Assembly (NCBI GenBank): GCA_017499595.2
Contig: CM038999.1
Location: forward strand, 2,790,001 to 2,854,000
Source: Psilocybe cubensis
Taxonomy: Eukaryota
Length of the DNA: 64,000 nt
Direction: 5' to 3'
Shown here: piece after piece, positions 14,001 through 27,866 of the stretch
How the letters are laid out: every line of letters starts with the position of its first letter
Numbering within the stretch: the first letter of the stretch is position 1
The notes under the pieces: generated by a model
What the model was told of the DNA's origin: nothing
Databases searched by the model: none
The model's input: the letters and a program-made list of their open reading frames with translations, nothing else
Made by a program: the position numbers and the translations under genes

Positions 14001-15987
14001 TCAATTCGCAATCGCTCCTCTTCAGCCTCTTTGGCAAGGCGGGCCTGTTCAGCTTTCTCCTTCTCAATTCTTTCTTGTTCTGCCCGTTCCTCAGCCTCCT
14101 TCTTGGCCTTTTCCTCCGCAATCCTCTTCGCTTCTGCAGCTTCCTCCTCCTGACGCTTACGTTCTTCTTCCTCCCTAAGGCGCTGAGCCTCACGCTCCTC
14201 GGCCTCCTTGCGCGCGCGCTCCTCTTCCTCTCTACGCAAGCGCTCTGCTTCTTTCTCCTCTTCCTCTTTGCGAATCCGTTCCTTCTCAGCCTCTTCTTCT
14301 TGCCTTTTCTTCTCCTCGGCCTCCCTCACCTTGCGCTCGGCCTCTTCTTTCTCCTTCCTAGCCTTTTCCTCGGCTTCGGCCTTCAGCCGGGCCTTTTCTT
14401 TCTCCTTATTCTCCTCCTCAGCTAGTCTGATCTTTCTCTGATCCTCAGATTCTATACGAACACTGGCTGGCCGCCGTGTAGGCGTCCCAGGACTACCCTG
14501 CCTGTACGCAGAACCTTGTGGCGTAGGTGCAGATGTGTTTGATGATGGTGCAGGAGATTTAAGATTCTCTAGCTTAACTTCAGTACCGTCTTCCTTTTTC
14601 AGCGTCACCCGAGAGGGCTGCCGTGGCACAAATGCATTTGAAGCGGCATTGAGACGATTAGGTATGGAGGAAGTAGACGGAGTTGTCGGTGGGGATGTTA
14701 GGCCACCCATGGAATGCGTTGGGTGAGAAAGAACAGGAGGCGGGTGTGGAGCATGCGTAGGATTTGGTAGTGCCTGTGATAAGATAGGTGTACCTGGGGT
14801 TTGAAGAGATGCGGGAGGGTTTCTAGGAGACATTGGCATACCGCCGTGAGGAGGAAGACCGGGTGTTGGAGGTTGATGCTGGCCGTGAGGCTGTTGCATA
14901 GGCATTGAAGGATACCACTGCGCTGAATACATGTACTGCTGATCAGGAGGATAAGGCTAAAAGATACAAATGAGAATCGCATGTACGCAATTGATAAAAG
15001 GTAGACTTACATAGTATCCCCCCCAAGGCATCCCCATTGGCATCTGAGCAGGCATCTGAGGCTGCATTTGGGGTGCAGGTGCCATTTGAGACGGCTGGCC
15101 ATTGTGAGGATGTGGGCCAAGGCGAGGTGAAGGCATACCAGTCGAAGGGCCGCCATTCTGCCCTCCCTGAGGCCGCGGGCCATTTCCATTAGGAAGTTGA
15201 CGAGGGTATTGAGGAGAACGGGGTGGTCCACCATTTGGCCCAGTATTTTGAGGGAGTCTGGGTACGAATGTAGAAAAGGAGTGAGGAGTAAGTGGGGTAT
15301 GGACGGATTGGCTTTGATGTAATGGCGATTGTTGAACAGGTAGATTTACATTTCGTTGCGAGGGTGATGAAGTGTCAGGCGGGGGATTTGAGGCGGGGGC
15401 GGAGGTGGGATTTTGGAACATCTTCTTGATGTCAATTTTTGGCTTTGGCAAAGCCGCAGCTGAGGAAGCAGCTGCTGGGGTAGCCGTCGATGATGACGAT
15501 GAGGCCGATGATGATGAAGCGGCAGGTGTGGCGACTGACGCCCTTGATGATATAGAGGCTTTCCCATTGACATGGCCGGTAGCAGGCACGGTCCCGAAGG
15601 ATTTTACGACTTCGGCTTTAAGAGATGGGGCGGCTGCTGGTGACGAGGATATTGGCGCTGAAACGTCATCTATTGATCCAAAAGTCACTGCTGAGCCTAT
15701 AGATTAACTGTGAGCAGTGTAACCGGGGTGGATGTGGGCGATGACGAACCTTGTTTTACAGCTCCTACGTTATTCCGAGGAACACTAACGCCATCTTTGA
15801 TGGGTATACCCTGGCCTAGAGTGCTAGGTCGACGAGAATGGGTCTGATGAGTGGGTGTGGAAGGAGCCGGAGATTGTGAGCGAGGGGAAGGCGCTGTCGC
15901 TGTCTGCGGGGGGCCCTTTGCCCAGGCTGACTTTGCTGGAAGCGGAGTCGGATTCTTTGGTGCAGTTGCAGTAGAAGACTTGCTCAT
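11029..15987 (-). CDS. TIF4631: Translation initiation factor eIF4G (multi-exon)
   Basis: MIF4G domain (KVKGLLNKLTMEKFDSIS...LVFEKATDEATWSEMYARLC...FIGELFKLQMLTERIMHECVKKLL). eIF4E-binding YxxxxL-phi motif YDRDFLL at ~13544-13564. E/K/R coiled coil and C-terminal MA3-like helical domain. Confidence 0.96.
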
Positions 15988-18123
15988 TCTGACAATAGGG
16001 GTAAAAGAAGACGATATAAGACTTTGGAAGACATTGATTGAGAAAGAAAAAACATACGAAATGTGCAAAGAGAGAGCTCGATTTTAGGCTTGCTTTTGTC
16101 GTGTGTTGAACAGAATCTCGTGTGGATCGGTCGTCAAAAATGACCTGCCAGCAGGCGAGAATGCAGCTGGAGAAGAGTGAAAGACTCGAAGAATAAAATG
16201 CGACGGACGCTGGTGATAGCGAACCGGCAATGTTGAATGTCTGTCCTGTGGGTGAGGACGGTGGACAAGGACAACAACTCTCTCAAAGAACCAAAAAAAC
16301 TCCCAGCAGGGACCCCAGTAACCCTGATTGCGTAATCATTCGCTTCCGTCAATGGAGTCACCCCTGTATATTAGACGGCGTACTGTGCGGCATTCCTAAA
16401 AGGGTGCCCCCAAGCAGTGCCTCTCATCCCAGGCCAACACGTTAAGATCAAAACGATACCGTTCTCCAGTTGCTTATCTTATTTACTGCAGTTTATCTAG
16501 ACGAGCATCCTTTCATACCGACGAGACTTACTGAAGAAACTCGGAAAGGAAAGGAGTTACAGACCACACGCGCCTATTCGAAATTGTACACCACAATTCC
16601 AGATATTTTTTTTGAATCTCCAGGCTGCTAGAGACTTTCATACCTCGCCATTTTGAGACAGCAACAAACAACATTTTATAAAATGATTAGGCCTCCTCGC
16701 CCACCCGCTCAAGGTTTATTACACAGGGATATCTGCTTCATTTGTTGTCTAAAATAAATGATTCAGGTGAAAAACAATCACTTTGTTTTCGTTGGAATCC
16801 ATACGTGCTAGGTGAGCTTTCTACCAAAGAAACCAGTTAGCCATATAAAAACTCGCCATGGTAGGTATCACTAGCTAGATGGTGTAATGCAGCAATATGA
16901 AAACATCGCAGCCGAGTATGTTACGTCGCAAAAGGAGACGTAAATCAAACCCAGTTTGGCCGGGCCCCAGGATTTGACACCCAATTCTGAATTCATTCTA
17001 TCAGGTAAAAGGCATAATTTGTCGCCTATGTACCCAGATCATGTTTTTTGGTGTCCATCGAAATTATAGGTGTCGATAGCACCCTAAGGCCTCAGGCCTC
17101 ATGGCTGAATAAACCATGTACATCAGAATACGTTTCAGTATTGTAGAAGCAGGCAACTGAGCGTACCATGCGGCACTTACTGTATGCACAATGAACAAAT
17201 TATGACACATTTTAGAGTTAAAAGAAGTCAAAATAAAAGCAGCGTTGCACTAGTTGTGCACTAGAACTAGTAGAAGAGACGTCGCATAATTTCATCATGC
17301 GTAGCATTTTACTGTCTTCGAGAAGCCATTAAATTAGCATCATTTAAACCACGTACTACTGTACTAAACAATCTGCCAAAATTAAGAACTTGCGTTTATT
17401 CGGCCACGTTGAGTGCCCGCCAATAAACATTAACCACATTTCAAGGCGAATGAAAAAACCGAGAAACAAGGTTCTGACCCCTAACGATACAGTTCTTGAG
17501 ACTGCATTGGTAATGACGAATGGACAATGGACAATGATGCAGTGAGCATTGAAGATGACCCCCCTATATGTGTATATCCCTTATAACCCCGAGCAGCATG
17601 TTAGGCGCTTTCGATAGTGGACAATTGTATATGTGGCAGCTTGTGTACGCCACCTTGAAGTTCATAAGTCCATTCTTTGTCTTCAGGCATAAATCAGGGC
17701 TGAAGGGCAAAAAAGAATTGGATACTAAACAAACAAGAGTTAAAGAGATATAGAATACATCAAATATTACAAACATCCACATGATTTTGAAAGGAAACAC
17801 AAGAGTTTATGGACTCCGATGGGGCAGGTTGGATGGTACTACAGGCAGGTTCCAATCAAGAAAGATAAACCATCTGGCCAACATTATCCGCAATAGAATT
17901 ACCATCAGCGTCGATCCGACGCGTCACCGTTCCCGCCCAGAAGTTCTTGAAGCTGCTCTTCTGCCAACAGTGCCGTAGTTCACCAGAAATCCTTCTGTCT
18001 TCACCAATACGGGCGAAAGCGTGCTCCGTGGTACCAATTTCCTTGATAAGATACAGCCATGCTAGGCAACCAGTCGTACTCAGGATGAGCAGCGCGCAGG
18101 ATAAATCTTGCGGCGTTTTCCCA

Positions 18124-20119
18124 TTAAATATTAGATATTCTTGTGTCAGGCTCCTGAGCAGCATCGTTGAAATCATCCGACTTGGTGACAAACAAATATC
18201 GAGCTGTAGAATGGCGGCGAGGGTTGATTTTGTTGCTGCTAAAGGCTGCGATCTAGCAACCGCTGACCGAACGAAAGGGTCTTTGCCAGGAAAGAAGGGG
18301 GCGAGGAGTCTTTGGGAGGGGAGGGCTCCGAGGTGTCAAGGTGGATTCGTCGGCGCTTACGGGGGTGTTCTTCATCTACTGCATCGATGCCTCTCCCACG
18401 TTCCACGACATTGTCCAGTCGTCGAGTACCACTTCCACTGGCTTTAGGTGAGTGAGCTCGGCTTCCACTGGCCCCGGCATGACCAGAGCTATTGCCACCA
18501 CTGCGGCCACCATTGAGAATATCATTGCTATCGATTCCACAATAAGCTTTATCGAATCCCTAATATGTCAAGCCACATACCGTGATCTCTCTATGGCAAG
18601 GTTCAAGTCAGATTCTTCGATAGAGCGGAGTCTGTGGAAACAGATTAGCAGAATGTTGCACATTGACTAGCAAACACAGAGCTACATAGCAGGGTTTTCT
18701 TTCAAGTAGTCGGAGACTAGTCTGTACAAATGTTATGAAGTATGCTCGTCTCGAGAAATTGAAATGGTGCGTACCGTTTCTTCGCGGCAGGACTCAAAGC
18801 AGACATATCAACTCTGCGTCAGAGAGAAAATATAAATGTCAAAAATCTACAAGAAAAAGGACAGAAATACTCACTCCTTTGCTTTTCCTTTCCCTTTGCC
18901 CTTATTACGAACGGCAGAAGCTTCGTCATGACCAGAACTGTAATAAAAATGTAAACACACTATCCACATATACCAAACATGATTACATATACTTACTCTT
19001 TCTCTTTGCCTTTCCTGCTCAATAATGAAATCGATGAGCGACGTGGCTTTAGAGACAGATACGATGTGCCTTACGCTTTCCCCTTTCGTTTGTTAGAGAT
19101 TGCGTCTGTACCTACGTGAGTGACAGCGGGACTCCCATCAGTGTTTCTGAAGGAATGGAATATTCAGAACCTCTTAGGTATTTGCATAAGCGACCAATGC
19201 ACATACCTGGATTGTTGTCTCTTCTTTTTCTGTTCGACCGCTACAAAACGTCGCTTGAGCTGGCTAAATTGCTTCTTCGTCAGGACCTTTTCAAAATCGC
19301 GTTTCAAGCGTGCTAGCATGTCCGCGCCCAACTCTTCATCGATGGCATGCTCAGGTTCCAACGGCTCTTCAACGGGTAGTTCATCAAAGCTGGACCCTAG
19401 ATGACTCTTCTGCCATCTCGTCAAGAAGCCCACAAGCTTGTCTGTCTTCTTACGTTCGAATAAAATCTTCTCTTTGAGCCGAGCTGAAATGAGACGGGCA
19501 TTGACTGCAGTCTGTAGGACGTCATTATGCTGGTTTTCCAGTTCGGTCAATTCTTTGTTGTATTGATTGATGACCTCTAGAATTTCTCGGATAGCTTCTT
19601 CTTGTGCTGCGTCATTGTAACCAGATCCGGACGTCGAATTTAATGCGACAGAAGTTGGGGATCGACCCTCTGCAATAACGGCTTTCCTATTTGATGTTTT
19701 ACCTCTCGCTGAACGAGCTGGATTGTCATCAGGGAAGCAGGAGATGGTTGAATGTGGTTTAAAGCTTACAATAAGGATGTCCTTTTACAGATCGTTTTGG
19801 AGAACGCGACGGACCCGCCGTCGAGCACTCTGCAACTCTTGGTTCTAGTCGAGAATTGACGTTGTCGTTCGTGGTAGGCGTGCCGTGCTGTGCAGACTGA
19901 TCTTCAAAACTGCCTCTCTGTTTAGCACGATCAGCAACATTTTCGGCCTTCAGGTCTCGCTTTCGTGCCTGCATTAGATAAAAAGCGTCAGATCACCCGC
20001 TACAAATCAAGAAGCTTACTCCATACCTCAGAAAGCTCGATCAATTGCCATAGATGCAACTTCGGGATTTGTTCCAACGTTATCGATTGCCAGGTGAGGG
20101 GCGATTCAGCAGTCATCAT
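18124..20119 (-). CDS. Orphan basic/coiled-coil protein with a UIM-like motif (about 9 exons)
   Basis: Consecutive GT-AG introns keep one frame: MMTAESPLTW...IELSE|ARKRDLK...|...EILEVINQYNKELTELENQH (coiled coil)...|KRKGKA|KGKEKD|SGHDEASAVRNKGKGKGKAKE|...|EESDLNLAIERSR|... The last exon is uncertain (stop at 18124 or ~18239). Confidence 0.65.
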
Positions 20120-21053
20120 TTATTTCTCGTGGTCGTAGATGGTTGTGGTAAGTGTTCAAGTTTTTGAGTGGCGCAAGGGCCCGGTTACTTTAAAGGTTCT
20201 GAAATGGAATTGTGGGAAAGCAAGTCCAAACATTGGGCCACTCGTGCCTCCAGAAAGTCTAACCGGGAACAAGAGACTAATGATGAATGTGGGCGATTTA
20301 TTGTTGAAATGGTCGCATCTTCTCGCTTACTCTGTCGAGAGATATTGTCCCCAATTCAACAGACAGAATTCTGATGCAAAGATTGTGAGTTGAACGTCCA
20401 TATACAGGAGCAAGAAAAAGAGAAACTTGAACGTACAATGATTCCGATTTATCAATTTCTATATCCTTGAGCAGGAGAGCTTTGGCTGAGCTGGTACACC
20501 CAACAAATCCAACAAACTTGGGTTAAACTCTGTTAAACAAGGGAGGGTAGCATTTCCCAATCTGGCCGAAAAGGAATTTAGATCACCGATCCGATGATCC
20601 ATAGGTACAACAATAGCTCAAAAAATTCTTGGCACAATAAGTAAGCGCACGGCCTGTGCAATGACAAAGAATGGAGTGTGCTTGGAGACAAACGATCTTT
20701 GTGAAAATAACGAATGATATTGACAGCATACGACCTTCGAACGGGGTCAGTTAAAAGAATAAAAAAATTCTTAAATACAGACAATGATCACAATGAAGGC
20801 CAATTTACACGGGCAGTACAATACAGCGTTTGCGCAAAAGACCTGGGTCGAGTGGCGCGTGCTTAGAGGTGCCATTATTTCCGGTGTTGAGACGCGAGAA
20901 CAATACTATGATTATTTCCGCTTTCAGAATCGGTATCCCAACGATGTAAATTCATGCTCCTTACCTCTCAACAACTACCACAACAAATCTTTCTGTGCAC
21001 CAAAACCACTGAATCAGAAGCCGCCACCAATTGCCCATCACTATATTGAAACG

Positions 21054-22035
21054 ATGCCTCGCGCGCGCAGAGCTGCTAAAAAGGACATCCATCCAAAGAC
21101 ACTGAATATCGATTATCTACAGACGTTAACACGCCTGCAAATTCAAGGACTGGCAAAGGTAAAGTTCTATCTGGATATCTATGCGTCGATAAGTGTTTAA
21201 CGAGCATGTAGAATTATGGTGTGAAGGCGAACCTTAGAACAGAGCAAATCATCACCGATATATTGGCCAAGGCAGATCTCAGACGAAGCCAGAGCCCTAA
21301 AACTTCTCCGAAGAGGTTTTCAAATGCAACAAAGAAGCCAGAGGAACCCACAGCTCTCGAAGAACCCTTAGTGGAAGAAGGTTAGTTATTTTACGAGGTT
21401 GTTTGCAGTCAATAATCTGATTTTTTCCAATATCAGAGTCTGTCCCAGCTTTGAGGACGACCAGGAGGACAACAAAGAGAGCTTCACCGGATCAGCCATC
21501 CAATGAAACAAAGAAGAGCTCCAAACGAGCAAGAGGAAGAAGAGCTATTGCGCAACCCCCTAATCCAAACGAACACTCAGCAGACATTCAAAATCGAGAG
21601 GACGTTAAGCGACACATCGATCCTGAAAAGCAACAAGCTCGAAAAGATAGGGTGTCGCAAGTCTCAATCAATGCCCGACAGATCTCCGGAGCGCAAACTG
21701 ACAATGCGGGATCAACCACTAACTCGAAGAAACCAACCACGCAAGATATTCACGAGCTGCACAAAGTGCTTGTAGAGTTGGGAGAGGAACGCGACAAATT
21801 GCGAAACAAGTTGAACGAGTCAAAGTTGAGTCTCGCGTACGCCATGGACGCGTTGGAGAGTGGGGCATTGCTGCTGGAAGAGATGAAATTCAGGCGACAG
21901 CTATATGAAAGGGAAGTTATCTACAGATTGTTGCAGGTGGACGATTTGGAGAGCATGAGAGCAGATGCGCGGAAGGACTGGCAAAAGTATCTGGAAGAGG
22001 AAGGGTGGAATGACTGGACACCAGAGTTGTCGTGA
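21054..22035 (+). CDS. Hypothetical nuclear protein with an N-terminal SAP-like motif and C-terminal coiled coil (3 exons)
   Basis: MPRARRAAKK...YLQTLTRLQIQGLAK|NYGVKANLRTEQIITDIL resembles a SAP/HeH helix-loop-helix. Basic linker, then coiled coil HELHKVLVELGEERDKLRNKLNESK. Confidence 0.7.
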
Positions 22036-22251
22036 GCAACGTTGGAAGCAGCCGCAAGACGGCATGTGTGGTGAGCGGTGATGGTGACAGGCTGGATGGA
22101 GCAGACTTGAATTGTATTTTATTGTTGTCTAATAATTTGAGTTACTTTCGCCTGAACATACGTGCGTGACGTGTATAAGCTCTTTCAAGTTCCCCGCAAC
22201 GCCAAGGACACCTAGCTTCTCTTTCTGTGCGTTCTTGGGGCTGCTCGACTG

Positions 22252-24971
22252 ATGCCGTACACAACGGCGGCGAGCATGGCTGGACGGTCACAGCGACGTC
22301 TCCTCTCTCTAACTGCGCTCACCCGTCCTCGTCCGTCCGGATCACATACCCACGCAACGGTAATAGCTGGCCGTCAATATACCATTCCAGCGAACCATGG
22401 AACCACGACACCGAATGAGCGAAATAAGAACGTAGCATCACCAAAGAAGCCTACCCATACGACTCGTAAACAGACACCTGTCTCCCACATTCCTTCTCCA
22501 ACTACATTTGAGTATCCCCAGGCCCGTCATGAGGTTCATGAGGGAACCGCAGCCATCAGCATGCCTTTCAACCCTCCCGGAGGCGGGCCCTCTGGTCCAG
22601 GGACTTCAGGAGGAGGCTTCTCGTTTACCAATTCTCCTGTCTTGGACGCAATCCTGACCACCGCGATAGGGCTTGGTGCTGGTATGTCTCCTTTATCTCT
22701 GCATCGTGTTCCATGCTCACCAACCCCTAACTTCTGCAGTCTTCGTAGGTGGCATTGCTTATGTGAAGTGGTACAAAAAGAACGTCCTTGACAAGGTATA
22801 CCTGAGATCTGCCATAATTTCGTCTATCTATTTTTATCTCTTATTCTTGATTCACTCAGATAGAAGACGCTTTTGCTGCTGGCTATGACCCTGCTCTTGA
22901 GCTTGCAAAAGCACATGTTGTCAAAAGAGCACCACCAGATGAAGACGCAACAGATCCTATATTTACGGAGGTTGAACCATGGACACATAGCTTGCGGCGG
23001 AAAGAACAAGATATGATAGACCCCATTATACACGGAGAAGAGGCTGGTCACTATTTTATGCTTCTTGGTCCCAAGGTACGACCCCTATTCATCTTATCAC
23101 TAATTGATTGTAATATTTTATCCTCTTAGGGCTCAGGGAAAGGGACGATGATATTCGAGTCCATGGCCAAGTGCAATGCTGAGGGAGTGTCCATGTGCGA
23201 TGCGCACCCAGATCTAGAAGTCTTCCGATTGCGACTTGGCAAAGCATTGAACTTTGAGTACAATGAAGACACACAGACAGGCCTATTCCAACGGAGAGAT
23301 CCTAGGGAAGGTAATTGTCAGCGCACCTTTTAAGCCTAGCTGTTAACAACTCTCTATAGGCGGACCTGCTTTAGATATCGAACGAGCCATGAACAAATTG
23401 GAAAAGGTCGCACTGCGCTGTGCTCCTGTTCGCAATAAACCTTTGGTCCTGGTAATCAACAATGTTCATTTCTTCCAAAACGACGAAGAGGGTAGAAATA
23501 TGCTGCTCCAACTCCAACAAAAAGCAGAGGCATGGGCGGCCAGTGGTAAGTTCAATCAACATTAAATAATATCGTGAAACTGGTTTCTAACTCAATGAAA
23601 AGGTGTATTAACAATGGTATTCAGCTCGTGAGTTCCTGTATTTATGTACTTAGGGTGTACCATAAACCTCCTATCATCCCTATCTTAGAGATGATTTCTG
23701 GCCATTCCATGTTATGCGTAAGTCTCAACTATGAGCTAGGCTTAGTTGTACTTGTATTCAAATCCTTCAACAGGTAGAAATGGGAGCCGTATGCATGCAA
23801 GTTTCTTGTTATCTGATCGTTAGACTATACCGTTAATCTTCCTTTAGGTGATATCTGTAGGCGATCTAAATAGCGAGGAGGCTTTGCATGCCGCCGCTCG
23901 GATTCGACACGACACAGGCCGCCTGACTAGTATCGAAAACCCCGAACTCCAGAAGGCCGTCTCTTTAGTTGGCGGTCGACTATCTTACCTGAACAAGGTA
24001 TTTTCCACGTTCACTCAGATTCGAAATAATATTTATTCTTCGACTAATACTTCAGGTATCCAAAGCGAAGGATATGGTTGGCATGGCCAAACATTTGCTC
24101 GAGGTCGAAAAAGCATGGTTGCAAAGTCAAATCGGTATCATCTCTTTGTTAAGATATTTTTTTTCTCTTTTCATTGATTTTCTTCCAAGGACTTATCCCT
24201 GACTGCGACGACGACGTTATGGACGAGGTTGGTCCATTTGCTAAATTTTGAGTAAGAAAGAGGCATTTAATTGACATACGCTACCTTTTTTTTAGCAAAA
24301 ATGGAGTTCATGTTCATGGCTGCTACTACACGAATTTGTAAAGTTACGTGAGGAACAAATCGCTGCCCGAGAAGAAGCCGGTGAAAGTACAGACAACCTG
24401 CCTTTGCCTTCAATACCTTACGTACGTCACCATGTCCATCCGATGATTTAGGATGCACGCTGACTCCGCCTTGCAGTGGAGATGTCGTCAAATCATGACA
24501 CGCGCCGATTTCATGGAAGGTGTGCATTGTTAGGTTTGCAAATCCAGGCGGTGCAAAGCGTATTAACCTGTTCATTTCAGAACTCGATCGCTTGAATATC
24601 ATCTCAATAGACGTACGTTCATATTGGCTCAGCATCACACTTTCGTATCTTACTCCTTCATTTCGGTTGCACAGATTCAGCATGATGTCCGACCAGACTC
24701 AAACCTGATCCTTCATGCTGCGCAAGAAGTTACCCAAGAAGAAGGATTCGACGATCTTCTCAACAATGTCCGCGACCGTATCGACGAGATTGAAAGTCTT
24801 CACAGAACTCGCGAGCTTACTGTATGAACCTCCTCTCCTTTCTATTGGTCTGGAGATTGACTTCTCTTTCTCAACCAGTTCAAAGACCTCGGAAAAGGCG
24901 ACATGGTCAGACTAGCCGTCGATAAGCGCGGAGAGGAACTACTAGCCACTATCAACGACGACGACGATTGA
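22252..24971 (+). CDS. P-loop AAA+/ATPase_2-type protein, probably mitochondrial membrane (many exons)
   Basis: Arg/Ser/Thr-rich N-terminus and a TM segment (ILTTAIGLGA|VFVGGIAYVKWYK). Walker A LLGPK|GSGKGT, Walker B-like LVLVINNVH, VGGRLSYLNKV. Ends TINDDDD*. Confidence 0.85.
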
Positions 24972-25669
24972 TAACGTGTTGTTATCATTTGAGTATTGTA
25001 ATACTCCTTCCACTCATTTAGCTTTTATTTATTTACCTGCGTATCATCTGTATCTATGTATGCTATCATCTCATCGTTATTAACTTTCTTGCTTGTACGA
25101 GCTTTAAAAGTTGCCCTTCCTCGTAGATCGAATATTAGGCAAACTATTTGGTGTAATAAAAAAACTCTTTCGAAATGCTTGAAAATTTCCTTAGGTTGTT
25201 CACTTGAAAGAGGAGGGGTGTCGATGCCAATGCCAATGTGTACGGCAAGGCAACAAACAAAGCAGGCGATGTTATTGCTCCTCTTGGTTCGGCCTATCCG
25301 CCCAAATTTTATGGACGCAATGGCGAAATTACGTATGATAAGCTACAGGTACCAGACTATGCAAATAAGTGTCGAGAAAGAGAGCGAGAAAAAGAGAGAA
25401 AAAGATGTAGCGGTTGTAAATGAAAAAAATCATAATAATCGGACAGGGAATACTACGAGACTGAACGATGTGTACAAGACAATTGAAACATAAACAAATA
25501 CGAGAAGTATTGCGTGGGCAGGCGTCCTTGGTTGGGTTGTAGAAACACACTTGGTATGTCTTCATTGAAGATGCTTCTTTGAAGTGGTGAGAGTGAAAAT
25601 GAGGTCCGAAATGTCGTTGACCTATAAAATCAACGATATGACACACGATCATGCCTTTTCTTCCATGAT

Positions 25670-27866
25670 CTATGCGGTGATAGAAACAGGTTTGGCGTCT
25701 GCCTTCTTGCTGGTCGCAGCTGCCTCCGCATCCTTCACAGCCTTCTCAGCCTTATTTTTCCTTTCCTCGGCCTCTTTCACTTGTTGTTCTAACTTCTGCT
25801 TTGCAGATGAGGCAGGGTTATTGAAAGTCATACTTCTATTCTGGCTGACACCCATCGAGCCGGTCTCCGGAGTGGGAACGTTAACGATCGGACCTGTCGT
25901 GGATAACCCACGATGGAAAGTAGAAGGGAGCACACGACCTTCAGGATGTTGGAACGCGCATTGAGCGCGCGTGCAGGCAGCGCCAAATCGACATTGTGTT
26001 GCAAATTGAGTTTGACGGGGAGGGTGATTGAATGTACACCCTGGGCGTGTGCAAGCAGCACCAAATCTGCATGGAACCGGATTGTGATGCGTTGGAGGCA
26101 TAGGCGCTGTTGCATTTGGTATGGAATGTTCGGCTAAAATAATTATCAGAAATGAGATAACATTACAACATGAATATGGTTTACCTTGAGGGTTGAGGAC
26201 CGCAGGGCTGACATGGGCCTTAATGCAATCCTTGTCCTTGCAGTTCTTGCCCTTGTCGCAAGCCTCATTGCTGAGAACAATGCCACTCTCAGCTGTCGCA
26301 ACGGGAGATGGATGCGAATATCGACAATGAGCATTTGTACATTTCAATGCGAATTTACACAAAGTAGGGGACTGGGGCCGTTCAGGGATAGCGTAGGTTG
26401 CAGGCGCTTGGGCCTGCACAGGAGGGGCAGCAGCGCGGGCGGCAGCGGATGGGGCAGATGTTGAAGGCGCCGGGGTCACTGGAGTGGGTGCAACTATTGG
26501 AATAGCAGCAGAAGTGCCGGCATTGGTGGGTGGAGCTGGTGAAGAATTAATGTTTCCAACAGGTCGATCAGAACTTCCACCTCCGAGTGGCCCTCCTCTT
26601 CCCCTTCCTGTACCACGTCCACCCCTTGCACCACCACGACCACGACCCGCACCGTTAATAACGCCATTACTACCAGGCTGCTGTTGCTGATGGGGGAAAC
26701 TGTTGTTTATGTTATTTGGGAACATTCCCATGTCTCCTTGCATGCCCGGAGGAGCGAAGCCTGGGGCGTTAAACTGCCCATTAGCAGGGTTGATTATTCC
26801 CATTGTTGATGCCATTTGCGCCATCAGTGCCATTTGGTTCATCATCATCTCCTGCAACATCAAAGGGCTTGCCATATTAGCAGCCAGTGCCTGCATATCC
26901 ATACCCATCGGAAATCCCTGAGGAGGCATCATCATAGTTGACTCAGGTGCGTTGCCCACGATATTGTCAATCCGAGCTTGAATATCATCTCGCTGGAAAT
27001 TTTTGTTGCGACCGGCGGGACCTCCAACACGCTCAATCAAACTACGGGTGTTGGGATGGGGGTTACCGTTTGGGCCAGAGCCGTCGCGATACATGGCCCG
27101 AGGACCTGTTGGAAGGTCTGTCCGTCTTGATTTATTTGGGTGACTGGGAGAAGGAGAACGAGCAGAGGCTGTTCGTTTTTGGGATGAGGAAGATGGAAGG
27201 GCTTGCGAAATTGCATGTTGGTATACGCCGCTGCGGGGGGCATTGGTTCGTGACGAGTCATTAGGTAGGTGAGGAGGGGCATCTCGTGCAGGTGTGGGAT
27301 CTGCTGGGGTTTCAGGCTTTGCAGGAGGGGATTGAGGAGTAACATCGGAAACCGAGGCGCCTTTTGCTGCCTCTGCGAAGATCCAATCCGTGAAATCAGG
27401 CTCTGAAAAGTTTGTTAGATATACAGCGCTAGATGATATCGAAGTGGAGAGCGTACTAAAGTCTGAACCGATGACTAGAGATAAAACAGCGTTAAGAGGA
27501 ACAATATAAAGAGAAAAAAAGGAAAAAGCGTACTATCTTCCAACTCCAAGCTGACCTGAGCTGTGGATGCATTGTCAGTAAGATCCATCTAATGAAGAGA
27601 AAGTTCGATACAAACCAGGTGTTTTGTTGTTGATTACCATGATAGTAATAAATTCAGCCATAACGGGATCTGCAAGCATATAAGAAATAGAGAATTGAGT
27701 CGCTCAGAAAAAAACGCACCTGGCTCCGTGCTATATCCCCTTTTCATGAGTTCATCCTGGATGGATGCCTGTCGAAACTATGAGCTAGAGTCACCAAGAG
27801 AAAGAACGCAAGATATACCTGAAGCGCTTGGGCACGTTCTGTGCCAATGGTGAGTCCGAACGACAT
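25670..27866 (-). CDS. NAB2: Nab2/ZC3H14-like poly(A) RNA-binding protein (PWI-like N-terminus, RGG box, four CCCH zinc fingers)
   Basis: MSFGLTIGTERAQALQ|ASIQDEL...|DPVMAEFITIMVINNKT; GRGRGGARGGRG. Zinc fingers CKFALKCTNAHCRYSH, CDKGKNCKDKDCIKAH, CRFGAACTRPGCTFNH, CRFGAACTRAQCAFQH. Confidence 0.88.

Noticed and set aside
13746..14441. Several long plus-strand ORFs rich in S/F/L
   Set aside because: Antisense shadows of the eIF4G E/K/R coiled-coil exon.
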